From: the human T2T-CHM13v2.0 reference genome, Homo sapiens
Length of the DNA: 64,000 nt
Direction: 5' to 3' (one strand)
Assembly (NCBI RefSeq): GCF_009914755.1
Contig: NC_060939.1
Notes under the pieces: generated by a model
Seen by the model: the letters and a program-made list of their open reading frames with translations, nothing else
Told to the model about the DNA's origin: nothing
Databases searched by the model: none
Position numbers and translations under genes: made by a program
Shown: in pieces, positions 24,905 through 38,143 of the stretch
Layout: the number at the start of each line of letters is the position of its first letter
Numbering within the stretch: position 1 is the first letter of the stretch

Positions 24905-27900
24905 ATGTTTCCAAAATGCTGTATCCAAACAAAGGTTCAACTCTGTGAATTGAGGGCATACATCACAAAGAAGATTCTGAGAATGCTTCTGTCTAGATTT
25001 TATATGAAAATATTCCCGTTTCCAACGAAATCCTCAAAGCTATCCAAATATCCACTTGCAAATGCCACAAAAAGAGTGTTTCCAAACTGCTCTGTGAAAA
25101 GGAAGGTTCAACTCTGTTAGTTGAGTACACACATCACAAAGAGGTTTCTGAGAATGCTGCTGACTAGTTTTTATTTGAAGATATTTCCCTTTTCACCTTA
25201 GGCCTAAGAGTGCTCGAAATGTCCATTTCCACATACTCCACAAAGTGTGTTTCAAACGTGCTGTATGAAAGGGAATGTTCAACTCTATGAGTTGAATGCA
25301 AACATCACAAAGAAGATTCTGAGAATGCTTTTGTCTAGATTTTATATGAAGATATTCCCGTGTCCAACGAAATTTTCAAAGGTCTCCAAATATCCATTTG
25401 TAGATTCTACAAAAAGAGTGTTTCCAAACTGCTGTATCAAAACAAAGGTTGAACTCTGTGAGTTGAGGACACACATCACAAATAAGTTTCTGAGAATGCT
25501 TCTGTCTAGTTTTTATTTGAAGATGTTTCCTTTTTCACCATAGGCCTGAAAGCGCTCGAAATGTCCACTTCCAGATAGTACAGAAAGAGTGTTTCAAACC
25601 TGCTCTATGAACGGGAATGTTCAGCTCTGTGAGTTGAATGCAAACATCACAAAGCAGGTTCTGAGAATGCTTCCGTCTAGATTTTAAATGAGGATATTCC
25701 CGTTTCCAACGAAATCCTCGAAGCTATCCAAATATCCACTTGCAGATTCCACAAAAAGAGTGTTTCAAAACTGCTCTGTCAAAAGATAGGTTCAACTCTG
25801 TTAGTTGAGTACACACATGGCAAACAAGATTGCGAGAATGCTTTCGTCTAGTTTTTTTGGGAAGATATTTCCTTCTTCACCATAGGCCTCAAAGCGCTCC
25901 AAATATCCATTTCCACATGCTATACAAAGAGTGTCTCAAACCTGCTGTATGAATGGGAATGTTCAACTCTATGAGTTGAATGCAAACATCACAAAGAAGT
26001 TTCTGAGAATGCTGCTGTCTAGATTTTATATGAAGGTTTTCCCGCTTCCAACGAAATTTTCAATGCTCTCAAAATATCCTCTTGTAGATTCTACAAAAAG
26101 AGTGTTTCCAAACTGCTGTATCAAAACAAAGGTTCATCTCTGTTAGTTGAGGACACACATCACAAATAAGTTTCTGAGAATGCTTCTGTCTAGTTCTTAT
26201 TTGAAGACATTTCCTTTCTCACCTTAGGCCTGAAAGCGCTCGAAATACCCACTTCCAGATACTACAGAAACAGTGATTCAAACCTGCTCTATGAAAGGGA
26301 ATGTTCAACTATGTGACTTGAATGCAAACATCACAAAGCAGTTTCTGAGAATGCTGCTGTCTACTTTCTATTTGTAATCCCGTTTCCAACGAAATCCTCA
26401 GAACTATCGAAATTTCCAATTGCAGATTCCACAGAAACAGGGTTTCAAAGCTGCTCTGTAAAAAGAAAGGTTCAACTCTGTTAGTTGAATACACACGTCA
26501 CAAACAAGTTTCTGAGATTGCTTCTGTCTAGTTTTTATGGGAAGATATTTCCTTTTTCACCGTAGGCCTCAAAGCGCTCCAAATGTCCACTTCCACATAC
26601 TACAAAAAGAGTGTTTCAAACCTGCTCTATGATAGGGAATGTTGAAACCTATGAGTTGAATGCAAGCATTACAAAGAGGTTTCTGAGAATGCTTCTGTCT
26701 AGATTTTATATGTAGATATTCCCGTTTCCAACGAAATCCTCAAAGCTATCCAAATATCAACTTGCAGATTCTACAAAAGGAATGTTTCCAAAATGCTGTA
26801 TCCAAACAAAGGTTCAACTCTGTGAATTGAGGGCATACATCACAAAGAAGATTCTGAGAATGCTTCTGTCTAGATTTTATATGAAAATATTCCCGTTTCC
26901 AACGAAATCCTCAAAGCTATCCAAATATCCACTTGCAAATGCCACAAAAAGAGTGTTTCCAAACTGCTCTGTGAAAAGGAAGGTTCAACTCTGTTAGTTG
27001 AGTACACACATCACAAAGAGGTTTCTGAGAATGCTGCTGACTAGTTTTTATTTGAAGATATTTCCCTTTTCACCTTAGGCCTAAGAGTGCTCGAAATGTC
27101 CATTTCCACATACTCCACAAAGTGTGTTTCAAACGTGCTGTATGAAAGGGAATGTTCAACTCTATGAGTTGAATGCAAACATCACAAAGAAGATTCTGAG
27201 AATGCTTTTGTCTAGATTTTATATGAAGATATTCCCGTGTCCAACGAAATTTTCAAAGGTCTCCAAATAAAGATTGTTTCCAAACTGCTGTATCAAAACA
27301 AAGGTTGAACTCTGTGAGTTGAGGACACACATCACAAATAAGTTTCTGAGAATGCTTCTGTCTAGTTTTTATTTGAAGATGTTTCCTTTTTCACCATAGG
27401 CCTGAAAGCGCTCGAAATGTCCACTTCCAGATAGTACAGAAAGAGTGTTTCAAACCTGCTCTATGAACGGGAATGTTCAGCTCTGTGAGTTGAATGCAAA
27501 CATCACAAAGCAGGTTCTGAGAATGCTTCCGTCTAGATTTTAAATGAGGATATTCCCGTTTCCAACGAAATCCTCGAAGCTATCCAAATATCCACTTGCA
27601 GATTCCACAAAAAGAGTGTTTCAAAACTGCTCTGTCAAAAGATAGGTTCAACTCTGTTAGTTGAGTACACACATGGCAAACAAGATTGCGAGAATGCTTT
27701 CGTCTAGTTTTTTTGGGAAGATATTTCCTTCTTCACCATAGGCCTCAAAGCGCTCCAAATATCCATTTCCACATGCTATACAAAGAGTGTCTCAAACCTG
27801 CTGTATGAATGGGAATGTTCAACTCTATGAGTTGAATGCAAACATCACAAAGAAGTTTCTGAGAATGCTTCTGTCTAGATTTTATATGAAGGTTTTCCCG

Positions 27901-30900
27901 CTTCCAACGAAATTTTCAATGCTCTCAAAATATCCTCTTGTAGATTCTACAAAAAGAGTGTTTCCAAACTGCTGTATCAAAACAAAGGTTCATCTCTGTT
28001 AGTTGAGGACACACATCACAAATAAGTTTCTGAGAATGCTTCTGTCTAGTTCTTATTTGAAGACATTTCCTTTCTCACCTTAGGCCTGAAAGCGCTCGAA
28101 ATACCCACTTCCAGATACTACAGAAACAGTGATTCAAACCTGCTCTATGAAAGGGAATGTTCAACTATGTGACTTGAATGCAAACATCACAAAGCAGTTT
28201 CTGAGAATGCTGCTGTCTACTTTCTATTTGTAATCCCGTTTCCAACGAAATCCTCAGAACTATCGAAATTTCCAATTGCAGATTCCACAGAAACAGGGTT
28301 TCAAAGCTGCTCTGTAAAAAGAAAGGTTCAACTCTGTTAGTTGAATACACACGTCACAAACAAGTTTCTGAGAATGCTTCTGTCTAGTTTTTATGGGAAG
28401 ATATTTCCTTTTTCACCGTAGGCCTCAAAGCGCTCCAAATGTCCACTTCCACATACTACAAAAAGAGTGTTTCAAACCTGCTGTATGAAAGGGAATGTTC
28501 AACTCTATGAGTTGAATGCAAACATTACAAAGAAGTTTCTGAGAATGCTTCTGTCTAGATTTTATATGAAGGTTTTCCCGTTTCCAACGAAATTTTCAAT
28601 GCTCTCAAAATATCCACTTGTAGATTCTACAAAAAGAGTGTTTCCAAACTGCTGTGTCAAAAGAAAGGTTCAACTCTGTTAGTTGAGGACACACATCACA
28701 AATAAGTTTCTGAGAATGCTTCTGTCTAGTTCTTATTTGAAGACATTTCCTTTCTCACCTTAGGCCTGAAAACGCTCGAAATATCCACTTCCAGATACGA
28801 CAGAAACAGTGATTCAAACCTGCTCTATGAAAGGGAATGTTCAACTAGGTGACTTGAATGCAAACATCACAAAGCAGTTTCTGAGAATGCTGCTGTCTAC
28901 TTTCTATTTGTAATCCCGTTTCCAACGAAATCCTCAGAACTATCGAAATTTCCAATTGCAGATTCCACAAAAAGCGTGTTTCAAAGCTGCTCTGTAAAAA
29001 GAAAGGTTCAACTCTGTTAGTTGAATACACACGTCACAAACAAGTTTCTGAGAATGCTTCTGTCTAGTTTTTATGGGAAGATATTTCCTTTTTCACCGTA
29101 GGCCTCAAAGCGCTCCAAATGTCCACTTCCACATACTACAAAAAGAGTGTTTCAAACCTGCTCTATGATAGGGAATGTTGAAACGTATGAGTTGAATGCA
29201 AGCATTACAAAGAGGTTTCTGAGAATGCTTCTGTCTAGATTTTATATGTAGATATTCCCGTTTCCAACGAAATCCTCAAAGCTATCCAAATATCAACTTG
29301 CAGATTCTACAAAAGGAATGTTTCCAAAATGCTGTATCCAAACAAAGGTTCAACTCTGTGAATTGAGGGCATACATCACAAAGAAGATTCTGAGAATGCT
29401 TCTGTCTAGATTTTATATGAAAATATTCCCGTTTCCAACGAAATCCTCAAAGCTATCCAAATATCCACTTGCAAATGCCACAAAAAGAGTGTTTCCAAAC
29501 TGCTCTGTGAAAAGGAAGGTTCAACTCTGTTAGTTGAGTACACACATCACAAAGAGGTTTCTGAGAATGCTGCTGACTAGTTTTTATTTGAAGATATTTC
29601 CCTTTTCACCTTAGGCCTAAGAGTGCTCGAAATGTCCATTTCCACATACTCCACAAAGTGTGTTTCAAACGTGCTGTATGAAAGGGAATGTTCAACTCTA
29701 TGAGTTGAATGCAAACATCACAAAGAAGATTCTGAGAATGCTTTTGTCTAGATTTTATATGAAGATATTCCCGTGTCCAACGAAATTTTCAAAGGTCTCC
29801 AAATATCCATTTGTAGATTCTACAAAAAGAGTGTTTCCAAACTGCTGTATCAAAACAAAGGTTGAACTCTGTGAGTTGAGGACACACATCACAAATAAGT
29901 TTCTGAGAATGCTTCTGTCTAGTTTTTATTTGAAGATGTTTCCTTTTTCACCATAGGCCTGAAAGCGCTCGAAATGTCCACTTCCAGATAGTACAGAAAG
30001 AGTGTTTCAAACCTGCTCTATGAACGGGAATGTTCAGCTCTGTGAGTTGAATGCAAACATCACAAAGCAGGTTCTGAGAATGCTTCCGTCTAGATTTTAA
30101 ATGAGGATATTCCCGTTTCCAACGAAATCCTCGAAGCTATCCAAATATCCACTTGCAGATTCCACAAAAAGAGTGTTTCAAAACTGCTCTGTCAAAAGAT
30201 AGGTTCAACTCTGTTAGTTGAGTACACACATGGCAAACAAGATTGCGAGAATGCTTTCGTCTAGTTTTTTTGGGAAGATATTTCCTTCTTCACCATAGGC
30301 CTCAAAGCGCTCCAAATATCCATTTCCACATGCTATACAAAGAGTGTCTCAAACCTGCTGTATGAATGGGAATGTTCAACTCTATGAGTTGAATGCAAAC
30401 ATCACAAAGAAGTTTCTGAGAATGCTGCTGTCTAGATTTTATATGAAGGTTTTCCCGCTTCCAACGAAATTTTCAATGCTCTCAAAATATCCTCTTGTAG
30501 ATTCTACAAAAAGAGTGTTTCCAAACTGCTGTATCAAAACAAAGGTTCATCTCTGTTAGTTGAGGACACACATCACAAATAAGTTTCTGAGAATGCTTCT
30601 GTCTAGTTCTTATTTGAAGACATTTCCTTTCTCACCTTAGGCCTGAAAGCGCTCGAAATACCCACTTCCAGATACTACAGAAACAGTGATTCAAACCTGC
30701 TCTATGAAAGGGAATGTTCAACTATGTGACTTGAATGCAAACATCACAAAGCAGTTTCTGAGAATGCTGCTGTCTACTTTCTATTTGTAATCCCGTTTCC
30801 AACGAAATCCTCAGAACTATCGAAATTTCCAATTGCAGATTCCACAGAAACAGGGTTTCAAAGCTGCTCTGTAAAAAGAAAGGTTCAACTCTGTTAGTTG

Positions 30901-33900
30901 AATACACACGTCACAAACAAGTTTCTGAGAATGCTTCTGTCTAGTTTTTATGGGAAGATATTTCCTTTTTCACCGTAGGCCTCAAAGCGCTCCAAATGTC
31001 CACTTCCACATACTACAAAAAGAGTGTTTCAAACCTGCTCTATGATAGGGAATGTTGAAACCTATGAGTTGAATGCAAGCATTACAAAGAGGTTTCTGAG
31101 AATGCTTCTGTCTAGATTTTATATGTAGATATTCCCGTTTCCAACGAAATCCTCAAAGCTATCCAAATATCAACTTGCAGATTCTACAAAAGGAATGTTT
31201 CCAAAATGCTGTATCCAAACAAAGGTTCAACTCTGTGAATTGAGGGCATACATCACAAAGAAGATTCTGAGAATGCTTCTGTCTAGATTTTATATGAAAA
31301 TATTCCCGTTTCCAACGAAATCCTCAAAGCTATCCAAATATCCACTTGCAAATGCCACAAAAAGAGTGTTTCCAAACTGCTCTGTGAAAAGGAAGGTTCA
31401 ACTCTGTTAGTTGAGTACACACATCACAAAGAGGTTTCTGAGAATGCTGCTGACTAGTTTTTATTTGAAGATATTTCCCTTTTCACCTTAGGCCTAAGAG
31501 TGCTCGAAATGTCCATTTCCACATACTCCACAAAGTGTGTTTCAAACGTGCTGTATGAAAGGGAATGTTCAACTCTATGAGTTGAATGCAAACATCACAA
31601 AGAAGATTCTGAGAATGCTTTTGTCTAGATTTTATATGAAGATATTCCCGTGTCCAACGAAATTTTCAAAGGTCTCCAAATAAAGATTGTTTCCAAACTG
31701 CTGTATCAAAACAAAGGTTGAACTCTGTGAGTTGAGGACACACATCACAAATAAGTTTCTGAGAATGCTTCTGTCTAGTTTTTATTTGAAGATGTTTCCT
31801 TTTTCACCATAGGCCTGAAAGCGCTCGAAATGTCCACTTCCAGATAGTACAGAAAGAGTGTTTCAAACCTGCTCTATGAACGGGAATGTTCAGCTCTGTG
31901 AGTTGAATGCAAACATCACAAAGCAGGTTCTGAGAATGCTTCCGTCTAGATTTTAAATGAGGATATTCCCGTTTCCAACGAAATCCTCGAAGCTATCCAA
32001 ATATCCACTTGCAGATTCCACAAAAAGAGTGTTTCAAAACTGCTCTGTCAAAAGATAGGTTCAACTCTGTTAGTTGAGTACACACATGGCAAACAAGATT
32101 GCGAGAATGCTTTCGTCTAGTTTTTTTGGGAAGATATTTCCTTCTTCACCATAGGCCTCAAAGCGCTCCAAATATCCATTTCCACATGCTATACAAAGAG
32201 TGTCTCAAACCTGCTGTATGAATGGGAATGTTCAACTCTATGAGTTGAATGCAAACATCACAAAGAAGTTTCTGAGAATGCTGCTGTCTAGATTTTATAT
32301 GAAGGTTTTCCCGCTTCCAACGAAATTTTCAATGCTCTCAAAATATCCTCTTGTAGATTCTACAAAAAGAGTGTTTCCAAACTGCTGTATCAAAACAAAG
32401 GTTCATCTCTGTTAGTTGAGGACACACATCACAAATAAGTTTCTGAGAATGCTTCTGTCTAGTTCTTATTTGAAGACATTTCCTTTCTCACCTTAGGCCT
32501 GAAAGCGCTCGAAATACCCACTTCCAGATACTACAGAAACAGTGATTCAAACCTGCTCTATGAAAGGGAATGTTCAACTATGTGACTTGAATGCAAACAT
32601 CACAAAGCAGTTTCTGAGAATGCTGCTGTCTACTTTCTATTTGTAATCCCGTTTCCAACGAAATCCTCAGAACTATCGAAATTTCCAATTGCAGATTCCA
32701 CAGAAACAGGGTTTCAAAGCTGCTCTGTAAAAAGAAAGGTTCAACTCTGTTAGTTGAATACACACGTCACAAACAAGTTTCTGAGAATGCTTCTGTCTAG
32801 TTTTTATGGGAAGATATTTCCTTTTTCACCGTAGGCCTCAAAGCGCTCCAAATGTCCACTTCCACATACTACAAAAAGAGTGTTTCAAACCTGCTGTATG
32901 AAAGGGAATGTTCAACTCTATGAGTTGAATGCAAACATTACAAAGAAGTTTCTGAGAATGCTTCTGTCTAGATTTTATATGAAGGTTTTCCCGTTTCCAA
33001 CGAAATTTTCAATGCTCTCAAAATATCCACTTGTAGATTCTACAAAAAGAGTGTTTCCAAACTGCTGTGTCAAAAGAAAGGTTCAACTCTGTTAGTTGAG
33101 GACACACATCACAAATAAGTTTCTGAGAATGCTTCTGTCTAGTTCTTATTTGAAGACATTTCCTTTCTCACCTTAGGCCTGAAAACGCTCGAAATATCCA
33201 CTTCCAGATACGACAGAAACAGTGATTCAAACCTGCTCTATGAAAGGGAATGTTCAACTAGGTGACTTGAATGCAAACATCACAAAGCAGTTTCTGAGAA
33301 TGCTGCTGTCTACTTTCTATTTGTAATCCCGTTTCCAACGAAATCCTCAGAACTATCGAAATTTCCAATTGCAGATTCCACAAAAAGCGTGTTTCAAAGC
33401 TGCTCTGTAAAAAGAAAGGTTCAACTCTGTTAGTTGAATACACACGTCACAAACAAGTTTCTGAGAATGCTTCTGTCTAGTTTTTATGGGAAGATATTTC
33501 CTTTTTCACCGTAGGCCTCAAAGCGCTCCAAATGTCCACTTCCACATACTACAAAAAGAGTGTTTCAAACCTGCTCTATGATAGGGAATGTTGAAACGTA
33601 TGAGTTGAATGCAAGCATTACAAAGAGGTTTCTGAGAATGCTTCTGTCTAGATTTTATATGTAGATATTCCCGTTTCCAACGAAATCCTCAAAGCTATCC
33701 AAATATCAACTTGCAGATTCTACAAAAGGAATGTTTCCAAAATGCTGTATCCAAACAAAGGTTCAACTCTGTGAATTGAGGGCATACATCACAAAGAAGA
33801 TTCTGAGAATGCTTCTGTCTAGATTTTATATGAAAATATTCCCGTTTCCAACGAAATCCTCAAAGCTATCCAAATATCCACTTGCAAATGCCACAAAAAG

Positions 33901-36900
33901 AGTGTTTCCAAACTGCTCTGTGAAAAGGAAGGTTCAACTCTGTTAGTTGAGTACACACATCACAAAGAGGTTTCTGAGAATGCTGCTGACTAGTTTTTAT
34001 TTGAAGATATTTCCCTTTTCACCTTAGGCCTAAGAGTGCTCGAAATGTCCATTTCCACATACTCCACAAAGTGTGTTTCAAACGTGCTGTATGAAAGGGA
34101 ATGTTCAACTCTATGAGTTGAATGCAAACATCACAAAGAAGATTCTGAGAATGCTTTTGTCTAGATTTTATATGAAGATATTCCCGTGTCCAACGAAATT
34201 TTCAAAGGTCTCCAAATATCCATTTGTAGATTCTACAAAAAGAGTGTTTCCAAACTGCTGTATCAAAACAAAGGTTGAACTCTGTGAGTTGAGGACACAC
34301 ATCACAAATAAGTTTCTGAGAATGCTTCTGTCTAGTTTTTATTTGAAGATGTTTCCTTTTTCACCATAGGCCTGAAAGCGCTCGAAATGTCCACTTCCAG
34401 ATAGTACAGAAAGAGTGTTTCAAACCTGCTCTATGAACGGGAATGTTCAGCTCTGTGAGTTGAATGCAAACATCACAAAGCAGGTTCTGAGAATGCTTCC
34501 GTCTAGATTTTAAATGAGGATATTCCCGTTTCCAACGAAATCCTCGAAGCTATCCAAATATCCACTTGCAGATTCCACAAAAAGAGTGTTTCAAAACTGC
34601 TCTGTCAAAAGATAGGTTCAACTCTGTTAGTTGAGTACACACATGGCAAACAAGATTGCGAGAATGCTTTCGTCTAGTTTTTTTGGGAAGATATTTCCTT
34701 CTTCACCATAGGCCTCAAAGCGCTCCAAATATCCATTTCCACATGCTATACAAAGAGTGTCTCAAACCTGCTGTATGAATGGGAATGTTCAACTCTATGA
34801 GTTGAATGCAAACATCACAAAGAAGTTTCTGAGAATGCTGCTGTCTAGATTTTATATGAAGGTTTTCCCGCTTCCAACGAAATTTTCAATGCTCTCAAAA
34901 TATCCTCTTGTAGATTCTACAAAAAGAGTGTTTCCAAACTGCTGTATCAAAACAAAGGTTCATCTCTGTTAGTTGAGGACACACATCACAAATAAGTTTC
35001 TGAGAATGCTTCTGTCTAGTTCTTATTTGAAGACATTTCCTTTCTCACCTTAGGCCTGAAAGCGCTCGAAATACCCACTTCCAGATACTACAGAAACAGT
35101 GATTCAAACCTGCTCTATGAAAGGGAATGTTCAACTATGTGACTTGAATGCAAACATCACAAAGCAGTTTCTGAGAATGCTGCTGTCTACTTTCTATTTG
35201 TAATCCCGTTTCCAACGAAATCCTCAGAACTATCGAAATTTCCAATTGCAGATTCCACAGAAACAGGGTTTCAAAGCTGCTCTGTAAAAAGAAAGGTTCA
35301 ACTCTGTTAGTTGAATACACACGTCACAAACAAGTTTCTGAGAATGCTTCTGTCTAGTTTTTATGGGAAGATATTTCCTTTTTCACCGTAGGCCTCAAAG
35401 CGCTCCAAATGTCCACTTCCACATACTACAAAAAGAGTGTTTCAAACCTGCTCTATGATAGGGAATGTTGAAACCTATGAGTTGAATGCAAGCATTACAA
35501 AGAGGTTTCTGAGAATGCTTCTGTCTAGATTTTATATGTAGATATTCCCGTTTCCAACGAAATCCTCAAAGCTATCCAAATATCAACTTGCAGATTCTAC
35601 AAAAGGAATGTTTCCAAAATGCTGTATCCAAACAAAGGTTCAACTCTGTGAATTGAGGGCATACATCACAAAGAAGATTCTGAGAATGCTTCTGTCTAGA
35701 TTTTATATGAAAATATTCCCGTTTCCAACGAAATCCTCAAAGCTATCCAAATATCCACTTGCAAATGCCACAAAAAGAGTGTTTCCAAACTGCTCTGTGA
35801 AAAGGAAGGTTCAACTCTGTTAGTTGAGTACACACATCACAAAGAGGTTTCTGAGAATGCTGCTGACTAGTTTTTATTTGAAGATATTTCCCTTTTCACC
35901 TTAGGCCTAAGAGTGCTCGAAATGTCCATTTCCACATACTCCACAAAGTGTGTTTCAAACGTGCTGTATGAAAGGGAATGTTCAACTCTATGAGTTGAAT
36001 GCAAACATCACAAAGAAGACTCTGAGAATGCTTTTGTCTAGATTTTATATGAAGATATTCCCGTGTCCAACGAAATTTTCAAAGGTCTCCAAATAAAGAT
36101 TGTTTCCAAACTGCTGTATCAAAACAAAGGTTGAACTCTGTGAGTTGAGGACACACATCACAAATAAGTTTCTGAGAATGCTTCTGTCTAGTTTTTATTT
36201 GAAGATGTTTCCTTTTTCACCATAGGCCTGAAAGCGCTCGAAATGTCCACTTCCAGATAGTACAGAAAGAGTGTTTCAAACCTGCTCTATGAACGGGAAT
36301 GTTCAGCTCTGTGAGTTGAATGCAAACATCACAAAGCAGGTTCTGAGAATGCTTCCGTCTAGATTTTAAATGAGGATATTCCCGTTTCCAACGAAATCCT
36401 CGAAGCTATCCAAATATCCACTTGCAGATTCCACAAAAAGAGTGTTTCAAAACTGCTCTGTCAAAAGATAGGTTCAACTCTGTTAGTTGAGTACACACAT
36501 GGCAAACAAGATTGCGAGAATGCTTTCGTCTAGTTTTTTTGGGAAGATATTTCCTTCTTCACCATAGGCCTCAAAGCGCTCCAAATATCCATTTCCACAT
36601 GCTATACAAAGAGTGTCTCAAACCTGCTGTATGAATGGGAATGTTCAACTCTATGAGTTGAATGCAAACATCACAAAGAAGTTTCTGAGAATGCTGCTGT
36701 CTAGATTTTATATGAAGGTTTTCCCGCTTCCAACGAAATTTTCAATGCTCTCAAAATATCCTCTTGTAGATTCTACAAAAAGAGTGTTTCCAAACTGCTG
36801 TATCAAAACAAAGGTTCATCTCTGTTAGTTGAGGACACACATCACAAATAAGTTTCTGAGAATGCTTCTGTCTAGTTCTTATTTGAAGACATTTCCTTTC

Positions 36901-38143
36901 TCACCTTAGGCCTGAAAGCGCTCGAAATACCCACTTCCAGATACTACAGAAACAGTGATTCAAACCTGCTCTATGAAAGGGAATGTTCAACTATGTGACT
37001 TGAATGCAAACATCACAAAGCAGTTTCTGAGAATGCTGCTGTCTACTTTCTATTTGTAATCCCGTTTCCAACGAAATCCTCAGAACTATCGAAATTTCCA
37101 ATTGCAGATTCCACAGAAACAGGGTTTCAAAGCTGCTCTGTAAAAAGAAAGGTTCAACTCTGTTAGTTGAATACACACGTCACAAACAAGTTTCTGAGAA
37201 TGCTTCTGTCTAGTTTTTATGGGAAGATATTTCCTTTTTCACCGTAGGCCTCAAAGCGCTCCAAATGTCCACTTCCACATACTACAAAAAGAGTGTTTCA
37301 AACCTGCTGTATGAAAGGGAATGTTCAACTCTATGAGTTGAATGCAAACATTACAAAGAAGTTTCTGAGAATGCTTCTGTCTAGATTTTATATGAAGGTT
37401 TTCCCGTTTCCAACGAAATTTTCAATGCTCTCAAAATATCCACTTGTAGATTCTACAAAAAGAGTGTTTCCAAACTGCTGTGTCAAAAGAAAGGTTCAAC
37501 TCTGTTAGTTGAGGACACACATCACAAATAAGTTTCTGAGAATGCTTCTGTCTAGTTCTTATTTGAAGACATTTCCTTTCTCACCTTAGGCCTGAAAACG
37601 CTCGAAATATCCACTTCCAGATACGACAGAAACAGTGATTCAAACCTGCTCTATGAAAGGGAATGTTCAACTAGGTGACTTGAATGCAAACATCACAAAG
37701 CAGTTTCTGAGAATGCTGCTGTCTACTTTCTATTTGTAATCCCGTTTCCAACGAAATCCTCAGAACTATCGAAATTTCCAATTGCAGATTCCACAAAAAG
37801 CGTGTTTCAAAGCTGCTCTGTAAAAAGAAAGGTTCAACTCTGTTAGTTGAATACACACGTCACAAACAAGTTTCTGAGAATGCTTCTGTCTAGTTTTTAT
37901 GGGAAGATATTTCCTTTTTCACCGTAGGCCTCAAAGCGCTCCAAATGTCCACTTCCACATACTACAAAAAGAGTGTTTCAAACCTGCTCTATGATAGGGA
38001 ATGTTGAAACGTATGAGTTGAATGCAAGCATTACAAAGAGGTTTCTGAGAATGCTTCTGTCTAGATTTTATATGTAGATATTCCCGTTTCCAACGAAATC
38101 CTCAAAGCTATCCAAATATCAACTTGCAGATTCTACAAAAGGA
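24905..38143. repeat. Three tandem 26-mer super-units with the 21-bp deletion (11+15d; 4413 bp each)
   Basis: Anchors 24905, 29318, 33731 and 38144 are spaced 4413 bp apart; deletion junctions at 27269, 31682 and 36095. Confidence 0.9.
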